DNA of 32,000 bases from the NCBI GenBank assembly GCA_018985225.1, contig JADGIF010000009.1:15438-47437 (forward strand), in the 5' to 3' direction. Under the pieces are notes generated by a model that did no database searches, was not told the origin of the DNA, and saw nothing but the letters and a program-made list of their open reading frames with translations. The DNA is from Amoeboradix gromovi X-113 (lineage: Eukaryota; Fungi; Sanchytriomycota). Of the stretch, positions 30,244 to 32,000 are shown one piece after another. Both the position numbers and the translations under genes were made by a program. How positions within the stretch are numbered: the stretch's first letter is position 1; each line of letters opens with the position of its first letter.

Positions 30244-31536
30244 TTACTTCAGAAACGCTTCTTTTAATAGTCTTTCTATCTTGCTGACTACTCTGTCTAT
30301 ATCCTTTTCATGCTCTACTTTATTTGCAATAAGTTGTCGATTTATCAAAAGCTCTTTCTCGAGTGCCTGAATTATCTCATCTTTAGGGTCATCGCCTTTA
30401 ATTAATGGTATATCTAATGGTTCCAAGTCTCTATCTTGCCTGTTAATTGTAAACAACTCTTCCAAACACGCCTTAAGTATTTCATGCTCTGCTTGCAAAT
30501 CTTGATACGAGTGTGCTGTTATGTTATACAAGTCTTGTAGCTCAGCATGTCTGTTGTTTAGCTCTACATGTTCTTGCCTTAACTCGGCATATGTTCCACC
30601 TTCCATTTCATCGTTACTGCTTAGTATACCTCTAAATCTGGAGAACATTGAATTGAATTTACTATTTGGCGTCTCTACTTTTGTTGACACTGTTGGTGAG
30701 CTTGTCATTCTGTAATGGTCTTGCTCATACATTTGTAACTGAATGTAAAGTTCAGGAATATTTAAAGCATCTTTTATCAACTCATCGACATCCGAATAAG
30801 AATCTAGCAGTCCGTGCTTCAGGTAATCAATGAGATCTTCAAAAGACTTACTGAGCAAGGTGTATTCGTTTTTTCTAAGAATAGAAAGTGAAATGCGGAA
30901 AATCGCATCTATTCCTAGGATAAGAAAGAGATCAAAGATGCGAACAACTATTTTATATGGAAAACGATAAGAAAACATAGTCAAGAACCATTGAGAAGCG
31001 TATAAATTGCTCTGAATGTCATTCTTAACAAAATAATCATGAATGTTTGGAAGGAAATCTTCCAGTAAACAGTCAAATTGATACAACATCACTTCTAAAC
31101 CATGCATATGGGGAGCATAAAAAGAACCTATCTGGAAGTTGTTCATCAACTGTACAAACACAGCAAAACTTTCTTCTTCCTTTAAGTTCTTGATCAGAAT
31201 ACCACCTATGAATGATAAACCTTGGCAGTAACCAACGTTAGAATCAAAGATGCTAAATACTTTAAGCATATTGAAAAGCTTGGTTTGCTCATCTTCATCT
31301 AAATCTTTTGGAAAAGTCCTTTTGATATCTTTTTGAATCATTCTCTCAAAAGGAGACTGTAGTGGAAGTATAGATGCGTATGCTTCAATATCCAATGTCG
31401 AGGCTTCACTAATTTCTAACCAGATACTTGACCTTTTGTCAGGATCAAATCCATTAATAATGTTTTGTTTATTTTCTACCATTGCTGCATATTTCTGAGA
31501 TGGAGGGATTGCTGCAAAATTCTTGAACCATGACAT
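30244..31536 (-). CDS. TBC-domain Rab GAP with C-terminal coiled coil (Gyp5/EVI5-like)
   Basis: IQKDIKRTFP, VGYCQGLSF, YASQWFLTMF, RIFD, followed by a heptad-rich C-terminus. Confidence 0.9.
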   Translation of the reverse strand: MSWFKNFAAIPPSQKYAAMVENKQNIINGFDPDKRSSIWLEISEASTLDIEAYASILPLQSPFERMIQKDIKRTFPKDLDEDEQTKLFNMLKVFSIFDSNVGYCQGLSFIGGILIKNLKEEESFAVFVQLMNNFQIGSFYAPHMHGLEVMLYQFDCLLEDFLPNIHDYFVKNDIQSNLYASQWFLTMFSYRFPYKIVVRIFDLFLILGIDAIFRISLSILRKNEYTLLSKSFEDLIDYLKHGLLDSYSDVDELIKDALNIPELYIQLQMYEQDHYRMTSSPTVSTKVETPNSKFNSMFSRFRGILSSNDEMEGGTYAELRQEHVELNNRHAELQDLYNITAHSYQDLQAEHEILKACLEELFTINRQDRDLEPLDIPLIKGDDPKDEIIQALEKELLINRQLIANKVEHEKDIDRVVSKIERLLKEAFLK

Positions 31537-32000
31537 GGTATACTTACAAGAATTGTTTGATGGAGATAAAAATGATTTGAAGATTTCATAGATAATGTAT
31601 GAGTTTAAAATAATTTTACTTTCGTTCTGAAACCAACGTTACTATTTTTATATTTCAAAGGCAACTAACTTGCATCAAATTATCCCACCTACGTTTCTCG
31701 AATAGTATAGCTACAAGATTTAAACTTAAAATTGGGTTGTAACTAGCTTGCTATATAAACTAGAACCTCGCACTTCGTAATTAGAAATCCTACTGTTTCT
31801 TCACATAGAGTCCTCAATATAGTCGAGCTCTGCTTCATTTTTAATCTCATTTTCTTAAGCCATTCGCCAATTTCTTCAAATTGTGTTTGAGGTCATAGAA
31901 TATCAGCAGCGTATGCAAGCGAAACCAAGTGTGGTGAAAATTGGTGCTGCGCAAAAAGAAAGACATTCTACTTATTGAATATATGGCCTACCTTTCTATG

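Overview
This is compact, AT-rich eukaryotic DNA. Gene content and very short GT-AG introns suggest an early-diverging, chytrid-grade fungus (inference). Host genes: a family-X DNA polymerase (runs off the left edge, absent from the ORF track), Elp5, a secreted His-brace LPMO-like protein, two TBC Rab-GAPs (Gyp1-like, Gyp5/EVI5-like), a STE11-like kinase, a DH-domain-like gene, a trypsin-like protease-domain protein, VCX1/CAX, TMEM14, a large multipass membrane protein, TAF5, an arrestin-C ORF and an LRR surface protein. The main signal is a cluster of OMEGA-system elements. Six copies of a non-autonomous IS607/Fanzor2-type family (about 1457-2055, 2876-3132, 3197-3813, 11622-12122, 14969-15288, 19618-19782) carry different internal deletions. 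All keep a recognisable right end (consensus ...GGAAATCAGGACTTTTAACGAGGAG), each followed by a different flank, which fits an omegaRNA scaffold plus variable guide. Two copies sit co-oriented inside two different decayed Fanzor1-type genes, so their predicted guides are Fanzor1 coding sequence. No intact Fanzor or TnpA ORF is in the window, and all family assignments are by eye, not database searches.
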